Shown here piece after piece: positions 9,245-19,746 of a stretch of DNA of 64,000 nt. Where the stretch lies: the NCBI GenBank assembly GCA_963662545.2, contig CAXXLL010000003.1, positions 2,816,001-2,880,000 on the forward strand, given 5' to 3'. The position numbers and the translations under genes were made by a program. Numbering within the stretch: position 1 is the stretch's first letter; every line of letters begins with the position of its first letter. Source of the DNA: Gammaproteobacteria bacterium (GTDB taxonomy: Bacteria; Pseudomonadota; Gammaproteobacteria; Ga0077536). Below the pieces are notes generated by a model. The model did not search any database. It worked only from the letters and a program-made list of their open reading frames with translations, and was not told the origin of the DNA.

Positions 9245-10705
9245 ATGGAAATTTCGGGGTACGACATTAAAAGTGTTATCGGCCAGGGCGGCATGGCAAT
9301 CGCGTACCTTGCCGAGCAGAAATCGCTTAAGCGCCAGATCGTCCTCAAAATCGTCGATTCCACCGTCAACGAATCGCCCGAAACCGTCAAGCGATTCCTG
9401 AATGAGGCGCGCATCATCGCCTCGCTGAACCATCCCCATATCATCACTATTTTTGACATCGGCCAGAGCGAGGACAAAGTTTATATTTCGATGGAGTTTG
9501 TCGAGGGCGGTGATCTCAAGCAGCGCATGATGCACAAGGTATTTGCTCCCGTGGAGGCCATCGACGTAGTCGAAAAAGTTGCAGCAGCGCTCGCGGCTGC
9601 CCACGAAAACGGGATCGTTCACCGTGATGTCAAACCCGGAAACATTCTATTCCGCAAAGACGGAACGCCCCTGCTCAGCGATTTTGGGATCGCCAAGCGA
9701 TTGAGCGGCGATTCGGATCTCACGTCGACCGGAATGTTCCTCGGCAGCCCCAATTACATGGCGCCCGAACAGTCGGAAGCAGGGCCGATTGACGGCCGCG
9801 CCGACATTTATGCGTTGGGCATCATCCTCTACGAAATGCTGACGGGCGAACGGGCATATACCGCCGATTCCGTCATTGACGTCATCGTCATGCACAAGAA
9901 GTCACCGATACCGACCTTGCCCGCGGGACTAGAGGCATTCCAGGAACTGCTCAACCTGATGATGGCGAAAGATCGCAATGATCGATTCCGCGATGCGCAG
10001 AGTCTCATCCATTACATCGAACAGATGCGCAAAGTCGGGACGATCAAGTCCAAGGCGGAAATGGCGGGTCACCCGGACTTCGATATCACCCGTGAAGATG
10101 ATATCGAAGGAGAGACGACGACACCGGTAACGCGGATCACCCTCGAGCAACGCAGGTCACCGCTACGGGCGTTGTCGCTGGGGAAACTCGCGATGGTCGG
10201 CATGTTGGTGATATGCGGAATCGGCTGGGGAATACTCCTGACCATCGAACGGGGCATGGAACCGCAGGCGATACCACGTGACGTAATGCCGGCCACGTTC
10301 GATAAGATATCCCTGCCGCCGCCGGATGAGCTGCCTGCCCAAAGCGCCGCAGCGGCAACGGACGATGAAAAGATCGCCCGGGCGCTGCTATGGCTCGGGC
10401 GTCACAGCCTGGACGATTTCCGGCTGACGGCGCCGCTGCGCGATAACGCTTACTATTACTTTACGCGCCTGTTGCAAATCGATCCGGAAGACTCGCAGGC
10501 CCGTGACGGCATTCTCGAAATCGCTGGCCGGTACGCCATGCTGGCCGAGCGCGAAATCGCGCAGGACCATTTCGAAGCGGCGCGCGGCTATATCGGGATC
10601 GGACTGCAGATCGATCCACACAATGAATCACTACGGTTGTTGCAGGAACTTGCGGTGCCGAGTCAGGGGGGCTTTTTCGACGCGCTCGCGAGCTTTTTCA
10701 AGTAA
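9245..10705 (+). CDS. Membrane-anchored Hanks-type Ser/Thr protein kinase
   Basis: IGQGGMA, HRDVKPGN, DFG, YMAPE motifs. One TM segment, then a helical TPR-like C-terminal region. Confidence 0.93.
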   Translation: MEISGYDIKSVIGQGGMAIAYLAEQKSLKRQIVLKIVDSTVNESPETVKRFLNEARIIASLNHPHIITIFDIGQSEDKVYISMEFVEGGDLKQRMMHKVFAPVEAIDVVEKVAAALAAAHENGIVHRDVKPGNILFRKDGTPLLSDFGIAKRLSGDSDLTSTGMFLGSPNYMAPEQSEAGPIDGRADIYALGIILYEMLTGERAYTADSVIDVIVMHKKSPIPTLPAGLEAFQELLNLMMAKDRNDRFRDAQSLIHYIEQMRKVGTIKSKAEMAGHPDFDITREDDIEGETTTPVTRITLEQRRSPLRALSLGKLAMVGMLVICGIGWGILLTIERGMEPQAIPRDVMPATFDKISLPPPDELPAQSAAAATDDEKIARALLWLGRHSLDDFRLTAPLRDNAYYYFTRLLQIDPEDSQARDGILEIAGRYAMLAEREIAQDHFEAARGYIGIGLQIDPHNESLRLLQELAVPSQGGFFDALASFFK

Positions 10706-10716
10706 CCGCTCGTGAG

Positions 10717-11262
10717 TTAGTACGCTTGCCGCTCCGCAGGTTCCGCCTGCTGTGGGAGAAGGTCGATCAAGGATCGCGCTTGTTCCAACTGGCGTTGGTC
10801 CCAGGCATCGATGAGCGCCCTCAGCGCCGTTGCTTTATCGCTGAATTCGGCTGCGATGTCTTCGGATGACGATGCGCTAGCAACCTGTTCTTCGGCGAAG
10901 TCGCTTGCGACCGCACCGACATCGACGCCGAACTCGGTCGCTTTCTCCATTGCGGCGTGCAGTTCCTTTGCATTTTTTTCGGCCTCTTCTTCCATCGATA
11001 TACTGCCGCCGTCGTATTCAAAGGCTTCGGAACGCAATCGGAGGCGTTGGGTTTCCGCTACTTGAACGGCGGTATCGTCGACCAACTCACTGTTTTCGAA
11101 CACGAAAACGCGCGGCCCTTTCTCGAAGCTTCGATACCATGACGGTGCTGTACCGGATAGCTGTACGGTACCGGAGGCTGGGTTCGTCCACTGGTACATC
11201 CGGGCCTGCGCGGCACCGGTTAGAATCAGAACTGATACCAAGGTGATCAGGAGCGTGCGCAT
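10717..11262 (-). CDS. Exported hypothetical protein (DUF4124-like N-terminus)
   Basis: Signal peptide ending AAQA, followed by MYQWTNPASGTVQLSGTAP. Confidence 0.65.
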   Translation of the reverse strand: MRTLLITLVSVLILTGAAQARMYQWTNPASGTVQLSGTAPSWYRSFEKGPRVFVFENSELVDDTAVQVAETQRLRLRSEAFEYDGGSISMEEEAEKNAKELHAAMEKATEFGVDVGAVASDFAEEQVASASSSEDIAAEFSDKATALRALIDAWDQRQLEQARSLIDLLPQQAEPAERQAY

Positions 11263-11330
11263 GGTATTTGCAACCGAGTTTGACATCCTCCACCGAGTAT
11301 AACAGCGGACTGCGGGAAATTCGTCAGCGC

Positions 11331-13955
11331 ATGCACTTTCATCCGCTCAGCGAATTGGCTGCGCACCGCGGCACAATCGTCGTGCCCGATGCTGCGGGTG
11401 CACGTCTGTTACGCGCGGTACTCGATTACCTAGCGCGTGCACACGGTGAGAAAACCTGGCACTCGGCGGACATTCTCGCATGGCCAAGCTATCTGGCACG
11501 CGCGTTCGAGCAGTTATCAATGAACGGCGACTCGAACGCGAAAATCGACGTGGAATTCGTATTGTCTGCCGATCAGGAACTCGCGATCTGGGAAAGCGTC
11601 ATCGCTGCGGACTCCGCAGTTTCCCTTGCGGCGCCGGATCAGGCGGCGGTTCTCGCCCGGGAAGCCTCGCGCATCGTCCATCTTTGGGCGCTACCGCAGG
11701 ACCGGCTGTTGGAGGCCCCCGTCTCGGACGACGTCGCGGTATTCGGGCGCTGGAGCCACGCTTACCGGGAACGCACCGCGGCGCTTCGCGTGATCGAACA
11801 AGCTCGATTGGCTACACAACTTGCTCCGAGCGCGGTTCGCAGTAAATCTCCGCCGCTGGCACATGGATTCCTTGAGACTGCGCCCGCCATTACGCGTGTA
11901 ATGGAATCCGCCGGGATCGAAGCGCGGCGACTCCCGGATCGAACGGATGGCGATCGATCATTCGACTGCCGCGTGTTTCCCGATCGTGAAGCGGAGATCT
12001 ATGCCGCCGTACAGTGGGCGGCCGACCTTGTCTCAGCCGAACCGCAGGCGCGCGTCGTGATCGCCTGCGAAAACCTGGCGGCCGACGATATCCTCGTGCG
12101 ACGCTGCCTGACCGACGTGCTGGGAACGGACACGGCGAGCCCACCCGACCTGCACTTCTACCTGTCCGTGGAAACACCGCTTCTACGCTGTCCGCTCGTC
12201 CGCGACGCCGTGTCCATTCTCGAATTTTCATCCGTGCGGCCATGGGACGCTGTCAGCGGGTTCATCCGCAGCCCGCATATCCGCGCCGCCGCCGCCGAAC
12301 GTTGCGCGCGCGCAGCATTCGACTGTGAGTTACGCAGTTTGGGCCGCTATGAGTTGCCCGCTGCGTTCGTTGCCAATTACCTCGCAGACCGTGGCGCCGA
12401 TTGCCCAGAGTTCACAAACCTCTGGGTCGGATTGACGCGACTAACCGAACACGCCCCGCGCCGCCAGCGGATGGTGCAGTGGTTGGAACACTTCGATCGG
12501 TGTCTGAAGGTGGTGGGGTGGCCCGGCGACCGTGAGCCGGATCAGTCCACGGTGAGCATTCAGCGCCAATGGGGGGACGCCTGTGACCGGCTGCATCGCC
12601 TCGACGCGGTTTTGACGCCCGTCTCCAGGGGTGAAGCGTTGAATCGCTTGCGGCGTCTTTTGATGGACACGGCGGTGCGCGAGACGCCGTGGGCGTCGCG
12701 GATCTTCGTCGTCACGGCAGTCCAGGCTTGCATGCTCGAAGCTTCCCATCTATGGATTACCGGGTGCCGGAGTGATGCATTCGTCACCATGGCACGACCT
12801 TCAGGGCTCCTGCCTTTCGAGTTGCAGCGCAGGGCGGGTGTCCCCGGCGCGGAGTCGAACCGCGATCTATTCCGGGCGCGCGTCCTCATCGATGCGCTGG
12901 CTTGCAGTCCCGGCGTTCGCATCGCGAGCTATTCCGCAAGTGAAGGAGATATCAGGTACGCGGCGTCACCCTTGATCAGCGGTCTCGGCGCGGCCGCAAT
13001 GCGGGTGTCGCGGCCTTACGTGCCAGCGGCCTGGCGGCGGGCGCGCGAAGCCGCGCTCATGTCGAGCTTCGTCGATGTCCGCGGCCCGCCGCTGCCTCCC
13101 GGCGCCCGCGTCGTCGGCGGGGTCTCGATACTCGCGGCCGAGGCCGCTTGTCCGTTCCAGGCATTTGCTCGTCATCGCTTGTTGGCAACGTCGATCGAGG
13201 AACCGCGGCCGGGCATCGATGCGCGGGAAAAGGGTACGCTGGTTCATCGGACGCTGGCCGCCCTGTGGACGCAGATTCGCGATCAGCACACGCTCGCCAG
13301 CCTCGAACCGGACGAGCGCCGCCAGCTGGTGCGCGCTACGATCTCGAAAATTTTTAAGCCGTTGCCGTTCGAAACCCCCTTGGAGCGCGAAGTCTATTTC
13401 GTCGAACGCGATCGGCTCGCCGCGCTGATCGATGCATGGCTTGAGTTCGAAATTCAACTCGAGCGCCCCCCATATTCGGTGATTGCGGCAGAGCAGTCCG
13501 ACGCGGTGAAGTTCGGAGGTCTTGAATTTCGCGTCCGGGTCGACCGGGTCGACCGGATTGAAGGGGGTTCCGAAACCGTCGTCGATTACAAGACCGGGCA
13601 GTGCCGGCAAGCCGACTGGGCGCCGCCGCGGATGAACCAACCCCAACTGCCTTTCTACGCGCTGACCTATCCGTCAGAGAAAATCGACGCCATTGCTTTC
13701 GCCCGGATCGATCAGGTGAAACCGGCCTGGCTCCGGGTCCCGAGCGAAAAAGACACGGGCGGGGAATCGTTTGCCGAACTAAGTCGGGCCTGGCGGGCCG
13801 ATCTGGAAGATCTGGCACGCGGCATTCGGGAGGGGGATGCGAGCTTGGATCCAAAGCTCGGCGTTCAGACGTGCCGGTATTGCGAATTCGACTTGTTATG
13901 CCGCATCACCGAAGCCCGTGCACGGTCCGACCCTGGCAGTGAACAAGATGACTGA
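11331..13955 (+). CDS. addB: AddB-like PD-(D/E)XK nuclease subunit
   Basis: CPFQAFA, KGTLVH, RVDRVD, VVDYKTG, PQLPFY, CRYC..LCR (Fe-S staple cysteines). Overlaps the start of the helicase. Confidence 0.8.
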   Translation: MHFHPLSELAAHRGTIVVPDAAGARLLRAVLDYLARAHGEKTWHSADILAWPSYLARAFEQLSMNGDSNAKIDVEFVLSADQELAIWESVIAADSAVSLAAPDQAAVLAREASRIVHLWALPQDRLLEAPVSDDVAVFGRWSHAYRERTAALRVIEQARLATQLAPSAVRSKSPPLAHGFLETAPAITRVMESAGIEARRLPDRTDGDRSFDCRVFPDREAEIYAAVQWAADLVSAEPQARVVIACENLAADDILVRRCLTDVLGTDTASPPDLHFYLSVETPLLRCPLVRDAVSILEFSSVRPWDAVSGFIRSPHIRAAAAERCARAAFDCELRSLGRYELPAAFVANYLADRGADCPEFTNLWVGLTRLTEHAPRRQRMVQWLEHFDRCLKVVGWPGDREPDQSTVSIQRQWGDACDRLHRLDAVLTPVSRGEALNRLRRLLMDTAVRETPWASRIFVVTAVQACMLEASHLWITGCRSDAFVTMARPSGLLPFELQRRAGVPGAESNRDLFRARVLIDALACSPGVRIASYSASEGDIRYAASPLISGLGAAAMRVSRPYVPAAWRRAREAALMSSFVDVRGPPLPPGARVVGGVSILAAEAACPFQAFARHRLLATSIEEPRPGIDAREKGTLVHRTLAALWTQIRDQHTLASLEPDERRQLVRATISKIFKPLPFETPLEREVYFVERDRLAALIDAWLEFEIQLERPPYSVIAAEQSDAVKFGGLEFRVRVDRVDRIEGGSETVVDYKTGQCRQADWAPPRMNQPQLPFYALTYPSEKIDAIAFARIDQVKPAWLRVPSEKDTGGESFAELSRAWRADLEDLARGIREGDASLDPKLGVQTCRYCEFDLLCRITEARARSDPGSEQDD

Positions 13956-16900
13956 CGAGCGCCCGGTCTGGGTCCGTGCACTGGATCCTGCACGTTCCTT
14001 TATCGTCCAGGCGCCGGCGGGATCCGGCAAGACGACACTGTTGACGAAGCGACTGTTGCGCCTGCTGACGACCGTCGAGCTGCCCGAGCAGGTCGTTGCG
14101 GTAACTTTTTCGCGCAAGGCGGCGGAGGAGATGCGTGCGCGTATCGTCGAGGCGCTCGAACTCGCGAGTGGGCCGGAGCCGGTAGACGCGTTTACCCGCG
14201 AGACTTACACGCTGGCCGCCGCGGTCCTCGAGCACGACCAGCGATTGGAATGGCACCTCACGGCGCAACCCTCGCGCCTGCGCATCATGACTATCGACGC
14301 GCTGTGTCTGAGTCTCGTGCGCCAAATGCCGGTCGCCGCTGGTATGACGAGTGCGCGGCCTGGCGAAGAAGACGCGCGGCAGCTCTACACCGATGCCGCA
14401 CGCGATGCTGTGAGCTCGATCGCCGACGGCGGCGCGTGGAGCAAATCCATCGCCCGGGCGCTCAGGCATGTCGACAACGACTGGGGCAAACTGGAGCGGC
14501 TGGTCGCCGATATGCTGGCGCGCCGCGACCAGTGGCTGCGCTTGATCACACCGGGCTCAGACCGCGAGGTTCTCGAAGCATCTTTCGCTCGCGTTATCAA
14601 CGGTGAATTGAAGCGTGCCGCCGATGTCATTCCGGACGATTTGAAGACGGCATTGGCCGCGATCGGCCGCTATGCCGGCGAGCATGCTGCGCGCGATAAG
14701 CCGGCATCGCGGGTCGCCGCGCTCGCCGGCCTCAAGGCCGCTCCGCCGGCCGAACTCGAACATCTCGCATGTTGGCAAGGTTTGACGGAACTCCTTTTGA
14801 CCCGCCAGGGTAACTGGCGCAAACGCATCGATAAGGGCATCGGATTTCCGAGTGATTCTCAAGATTGTGCCGCGCGAAAAGCCGAGCTGGCCAGCCTTAT
14901 CGAGGCTTTATCCGGGATTGCCGGGGCACGGCGGGCGTTCGGCGCCGTCGCCCGCCTGCCGGCACGCGCGTTCTCCGGTGAACAATGGGAAATCTGCCTG
15001 GCCCTGCTCGGGTTGCTGAAGGCCGCGACGGCCCACCTGATGGTATCGAACGCCCGCAGCGGCAAGACCGATTTCGTGGCGATCGCTTTGGCGGCGATCG
15101 AGGCGCTCGGGGGAAGTGAATCTCCGAGTGAGCTGGCGCTGCGTCTGGACTATCGGATCCAGCATTTATTGGTGGACGAGTTTCAGGACACCTCCGTGAC
15201 CCAGTTCCGATTGATCGAACGACTGACGGCGGGATGGACCGGCGAGGATGGCCGGAGCCTGTTCCTGGTCGGCGATCCGATGCAATCCATCTACCGCTTC
15301 CGGCAGGCGGACGTGCGCCTGTTTACGAATGTCCTGGACTGCGGGTTCCTCGGGAGCGTGCCGCTCGAACATTTGCAATTGACGGAGAACTTTCGTTCGC
15401 AGGCGCGTCTTGTGAAGTGGGTGAATGAAGCGGTACCGCTCGCGCTAGCCATGCTCGAAGCCGGCGAGATCCCCTTCGTCCAGCAACGGCCGGTCGCGGC
15501 GGAGACGGGTGTGCCCTTTAAATTTCACCCATTCGAGGCCTATGACGGTCCGGCGGAGACGGCCCGCGTTCTCGAGATCGTCAGCGATATTCGTGCCAGT
15601 GCGCCGCAAGCGAGTATTGCGGTCCTCGTGCGCAGCCGCTCTCACCTGGCCGGCATTACCGCGCGCCTGATGGAAAGCGGGTTCGCCGTGGCCGCCCGCG
15701 AGATCCAGCCGTTTGCGGAAATCCCGATCGTCGGCGACCTATTCGCCTTAACGCGTGCACTGCTGCACCTGGCCGATCGCGTTGCCTGGTTCGCGATCTT
15801 GCGCGCACCCTGGTGCGGATTGACCCTGGCGTCGCTGCATCGGGTGTCGCTTGAAAACCGTATGGTGTTCGAAGCGATGCATGCCGATGCGTGTGAGGCA
15901 TCGTTGGAGCCTGAGGAGCGGGTGCGCCTGGTGCGCACGCGAGGGGTGATGGCGCGCGCTTTGAACGCCGTGGGCACTATGGCGTTCGCCGAGCTTGTCG
16001 AGTGCACTTGGTTCGCGCTCGGCGGCGCCGCCTGCGTAGAACGCGAAGAGCAGTTCAGCGATGCCCGCGCCTACTTCGAGTTGCTCGCACAGTTGGAACG
16101 CGATGAAGTGGTGTTGACCGCGGAACGCATCGAGCTTCGGATTAGCGAGCTTTTCTCGGTGGCGCCGGGCGCGCACGCTAATGCGGTAGAGGTCATGACG
16201 GTCCATCGCGCCAAAGGCCTCGAGTTCGATTACGTCATCGTTCCGGGCGTGGGACGTAAGCCCCGCGCCGATCAAAAGCCTCTGCTGCTGTGGCGCGAGG
16301 ACGTCGACCACAGCGGGCATTCGACGCTTTTAATGGCGCCGCTGCCGAGCGGCGAGAGCGGTACGCTCTACGATTTCCTGCGCGAACGCGAGGCCGAGGA
16401 GACGGCGGCCGAAACGGTGCGACTGCTCTACGTGGCCGTCACCCGGGCTCGTCACGCCGTACATATGCTGGGACACGTCAAACGCGATCGAGACGGAGAA
16501 GCCCAACCCGCCAAGGGCACATTTCTGGAATTACTGTGGCCCGTCCTCGAGCGGGACTACGGAGCCGAGCGTGCTTTGGTCGCGCAGGGCATTGAACCCC
16601 GAGGCGGTCGACTCGCTGGTGGATCGACGCTGCGCCGGCTCGAGTCCGGCGCCGCCGCGCCCGATCGGGGTATAGATTTTAGGACGATCGATCCTCTACC
16701 AGCGATCATCGAATTCGACTGGGCCGGCGCCACCGCAAAACACCTCGGCACGGTCTCGCACCGGCTTCTGCAGGAACTCGGCAGCCGGGGTGCTGCGGAT
16801 CTACCGCCCTCGTGGATGCAGACGGCGAAACGGTTTGCGCGCGGCCAGTTGCGTGCGCTCGGCGTTCCCGGCGATGAGCTTGACGACGCTGTCGCGCAAC

Positions 16901-17259
16901 TCGGCGCATCGCTCGAGACGACCTTGGCCAGCGAACGGGGCCGCTGGCTTTTTTCCGCCGCGCAAAGAGAAACAGCCGCCGAACTGCCCTTGACTGCGCT
17001 TGACCAGGGCCAGACGGTGCACGTCATCATCGATCGCACGTTCGTCGATGCTGAAGGACGGCGCTGGATCGTCGATTTTAAGACCGGCCTGCACAGCGGC
17101 GGCTCCCTGGACGCCTATCTCGACTCCGAGGTACAGCGCTACCGTGCGCAGCTCGAACGCTACGGACGCATCATGTCGGCCATCGACGATCGCCCCATCA
17201 TGCTGGGGCTTTATTTTCCTCTCCTTGACGCCTGGCGGGAGTGGCCTTACGAAACTTGA
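13948..17259 (+). CDS. addA: AddA/RecB-like UvrD helicase-nuclease
   Basis: QAPAGSGKT, VDEFQDT, VGDPMQSIYRFR, TVHRAKGLEF, YVAVTRA and C-terminal IIDR...IVDFKT. Confidence 0.88.
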   Translation: MTDERPVWVRALDPARSFIVQAPAGSGKTTLLTKRLLRLLTTVELPEQVVAVTFSRKAAEEMRARIVEALELASGPEPVDAFTRETYTLAAAVLEHDQRLEWHLTAQPSRLRIMTIDALCLSLVRQMPVAAGMTSARPGEEDARQLYTDAARDAVSSIADGGAWSKSIARALRHVDNDWGKLERLVADMLARRDQWLRLITPGSDREVLEASFARVINGELKRAADVIPDDLKTALAAIGRYAGEHAARDKPASRVAALAGLKAAPPAELEHLACWQGLTELLLTRQGNWRKRIDKGIGFPSDSQDCAARKAELASLIEALSGIAGARRAFGAVARLPARAFSGEQWEICLALLGLLKAATAHLMVSNARSGKTDFVAIALAAIEALGGSESPSELALRLDYRIQHLLVDEFQDTSVTQFRLIERLTAGWTGEDGRSLFLVGDPMQSIYRFRQADVRLFTNVLDCGFLGSVPLEHLQLTENFRSQARLVKWVNEAVPLALAMLEAGEIPFVQQRPVAAETGVPFKFHPFEAYDGPAETARVLEIVSDIRASAPQASIAVLVRSRSHLAGITARLMESGFAVAAREIQPFAEIPIVGDLFALTRALLHLADRVAWFAILRAPWCGLTLASLHRVSLENRMVFEAMHADACEASLEPEERVRLVRTRGVMARALNAVGTMAFAELVECTWFALGGAACVEREEQFSDARAYFELLAQLERDEVVLTAERIELRISELFSVAPGAHANAVEVMTVHRAKGLEFDYVIVPGVGRKPRADQKPLLLWREDVDHSGHSTLLMAPLPSGESGTLYDFLREREAEETAAETVRLLYVAVTRARHAVHMLGHVKRDRDGEAQPAKGTFLELLWPVLERDYGAERALVAQGIEPRGGRLAGGSTLRRLESGAAAPDRGIDFRTIDPLPAIIEFDWAGATAKHLGTVSHRLLQELGSRGAADLPPSWMQTAKRFARGQLRALGVPGDELDDAVAQLGASLETTLASERGRWLFSAAQRETAAELPLTALDQGQTVHVIIDRTFVDAEGRRWIVDFKTGLHSGGSLDAYLDSEVQRYRAQLERYGRIMSAIDDRPIMLGLYFPLLDAWREWPYET

Positions 17260-17909
17260 ACCCGTGCGCAGTCCCGACCCTGGCGATAGCGCTCGCCGAT
17301 TCGGTTCAAGGCCAGGCCAACCAGCGGCGTCGCGAACAGATAAAAACCCGGCGGCAACGCGATCGCCGACACGTTGCCGGTCAGAACGACGTTGTCGAGG
17401 CGCAGTGTGCCGGCCGACGACGTCGCCCCTGCGGCTTCGAAGTCGATAACGAATCCTGCTGAAATCGGCGCCAGTGCGATCACAGTATCGACGGTTTCGA
17501 AGGCGGTCGTGACGACGCCGGACGCGAGGACTGCGCCGTTTACTAATACCTGCCACGAGCTGGGTCCGCTGGGCGAAGCGCGCAGATCGAAGTGCATGCC
17601 TTCGAGCGCGATCGCGAGATTCGGGTGAAAGGATAGTGCCAGATGGAAGGCGTTGCCGTTGGTAAAACCGCTCGTGGCCAATGCGCGGCCGGGATTGCCC
17701 GCGAATTCGGTCAGCAGGCCGAAATCGTCGCTCCACTCGGCTGTGGAGATCGCCGGATCGGCGAACTCGGGGACGAGCTCGAATTCACCTACGCCGTCTT
17801 CAAAGTCATAGACCAGCAACAAGGCACCGCTTGCCCCATCGATGTTGGACGCCAGCAGGGTGAAAAGTAGTAGGCAGGCGCGAACGCGCCGGTAGAAACG
17901 GATATCCAT
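17247..17909 (-). CDS. Secreted protein with a degenerate VPLPA/PEP-CTERM-like tail
   Basis: Signal peptide, beta-rich body, C-terminal SAIALPPGFYLFATPLVGL followed by basic residues. Confidence 0.6.
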   Translation of the reverse strand: MDIRFYRRVRACLLLFTLLASNIDGASGALLLVYDFEDGVGEFELVPEFADPAISTAEWSDDFGLLTEFAGNPGRALATSGFTNGNAFHLALSFHPNLAIALEGMHFDLRASPSGPSSWQVLVNGAVLASGVVTTAFETVDTVIALAPISAGFVIDFEAAGATSSAGTLRLDNVVLTGNVSAIALPPGFYLFATPLVGLALNRIGERYRQGRDCARVQVS

Positions 17910-18057
17910 ATCCAAACTCCATTTTGTGATCATCCATGTTCGGGCGCGTCCGCGCGCCCGTGATCGACATTATTTCACACCCTTCGAAGTGATTCGAGCG
18001 TCGGATAGAGCAATGAGTTGGTTACGGGGTGCCGTCGATTCGCCCGCGAGCGGGCTC

Positions 18058-19434
18058 CTAGTCGTCCGGTTCGAGCTGCAGCAGCATCGCAGCTGGACCC
18101 GTCTCCACTTGGTGGATGAGTTCCGATTGCCGCTTGGCGCCGGTTTTGTGAAAGATGTGCTTGAGGTGCGTACGCGCCGTATTGACAGAAATGCCGAGCT
18201 GGCGCGCGCCTTCGTCGAGGCTCGCGCCACCGGCGAGCGACTGCACGAGCCTCGCTTCGGACCGTGTCAGACTAAATAATTGGCGCAGCACCGGGGCGGA
18301 CAATTCGCGATATCCGGGTATATCGAACAGCAGCAATACGACGTAAGGCGGCTCCCCCGACGCCGGGGTGCCCGTCGGTGATACAGTAACGACGACGACG
18401 ACACTGTGCTCCGCTTTAGCGTCCGTCAGGGTCAACATTTCACTGCTGGCGACGCCACGTGATTCGCCACGATCGGCGGCGCGCCGAACGAGCAAATGGA
18501 GTTCAGCGTGATTCTCGTCGTCGATCGCCATCACGTGGCTGCGCATCGCGAGAACGCCGGGACTCGCTTCGAGGATTTGCTCGGCGCTGGTATTGCTATG
18601 CACAACTTTCAGATTGCGGTCCACGAGAATGATACCGACGGGAAGCTGATCGATGACGAAGCGAAACGCCTCGACAAATCGCCGCAATGACGCCACGCTC
18701 ATGTGAGATGTATCAGGTCCGAAACGAAGCGCGACGCCGAAGTGGTTTCCCTGTGCGTCGCGCAACGGCGTCAGTATGTCCGTCACGCGGCCCCGTAATG
18801 CGCCATGTTTTCTGACCAGAGCATGTTCTTTCCCGCTGCTTAAAACGTCGCCGATGATCGCCTCCGCGTCCTGTGCTTCGATCCCGTACAGCGTCGTCAG
18901 AGCGTGGTCCAGGGGCTGCCCGACGATTGAATCCCGCGACCAGCCGGTGAGTTGCTCGGCGCCGCGATTGATGAAGCTGACATGGCCTTCGAGATCAGTA
19001 GTCAAGACGGCATCAGCGGTAGAAGGGATCTCCTCCAACGGAGCCGGGGTGGTCGATGTGGTGCTATCGTGGTCCAGGGCGAGATTGATCGTGGTCAAGA
19101 GGTCCTTGGTCGTAAACGGCTTATTGATAAACCCTGCTGGATGTGTCGCGCGAGCGCGGTCCAGAAGTTCGCGGTCCGCGTAGGCGGAGACGTAGACGAC
19201 CGGGATATCGAACTGCGCGCGAATACGGTGGGCGGCTTCGATACCGTCCATCCCATCGCCGAGCTTGATGTCCATCAAGATTAGATCTGGTTTGAGTTCA
19301 GCGGCTTTCTCGATCGCCTCAGTGGCGTCGGTGGCGATCGCCATGACGTCATAACCGAGGCCCCGCAGCCGCATGCGCAATGCACCCGCGACCGCCCGCT
19401 GATCTTCAACGACGAGGATGTTCGTTCCTGCCAC
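18058..19434 (-). CDS. REC-PAS-PAS-LuxR HTH regulator
   Basis: ILVVED, LMDIKL, NKPF. PAS-like DAVLTTD..G.VSFIN.GAEQLTGW. HTH LTRSE...GISVNTARTHLKHIFHKTG. Start uncertain (19434 or 19470). Confidence 0.85.
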   Translation of the reverse strand: MAGTNILVVEDQRAVAGALRMRLRGLGYDVMAIATDATEAIEKAAELKPDLILMDIKLGDGMDGIEAAHRIRAQFDIPVVYVSAYADRELLDRARATHPAGFINKPFTTKDLLTTINLALDHDSTTSTTPAPLEEIPSTADAVLTTDLEGHVSFINRGAEQLTGWSRDSIVGQPLDHALTTLYGIEAQDAEAIIGDVLSSGKEHALVRKHGALRGRVTDILTPLRDAQGNHFGVALRFGPDTSHMSVASLRRFVEAFRFVIDQLPVGIILVDRNLKVVHSNTSAEQILEASPGVLAMRSHVMAIDDENHAELHLLVRRAADRGESRGVASSEMLTLTDAKAEHSVVVVVTVSPTGTPASGEPPYVVLLLFDIPGYRELSAPVLRQLFSLTRSEARLVQSLAGGASLDEGARQLGISVNTARTHLKHIFHKTGAKRQSELIHQVETGPAAMLLQLEPDD

Positions 19435-19539
19435 GAGTATCGCTGCCAAGTTCGCAGATGCCGCCCGCATCTGTCACTACTATACCGAACAGGGCGTTTA
19501 AAAGTCGCGTTTTTTCGACATTCCACTAAGCTCTAGGCG

Positions 19540-19564
19540 GATGTTAGATGTTAGATGTTAGATG
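19540..19564. repeat. Heptamer tandem repeat (GATGTTA)x3.6
   Basis: GATGTTA GATGTTA GATGTTA GATG read directly. Confidence 0.85.
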
Positions 19565-19746
19565 AACGGTTTCGAATTAGATGCGATACGGAATAAGCAT
19601 ATTCCATTTAATCATAAACGGAATTTGATAAAAATATGCGGCGAAAAAAGAGTTATATCGAGCAGCCCTGCGTGGCGCCTGAATTAATTCCGGCGACCAT
19701 ACCTGGAGACTGACGGCTCCGGGCTAGCCGATAGAGCTTCGACGGA

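Noticed and set aside
9116-9622. N-terminal extension of the 329-aa Rsd ORF
   Set aside because: Overlaps the kinase gene antisense. Rsd similarity begins at about 9115.
11331-17259. Helicase-nuclease pair as an anti-phage system or Cas4-related locus
   Set aside because: Architecture and order match housekeeping AddAB-type repair genes. No cas genes or arrays were seen.
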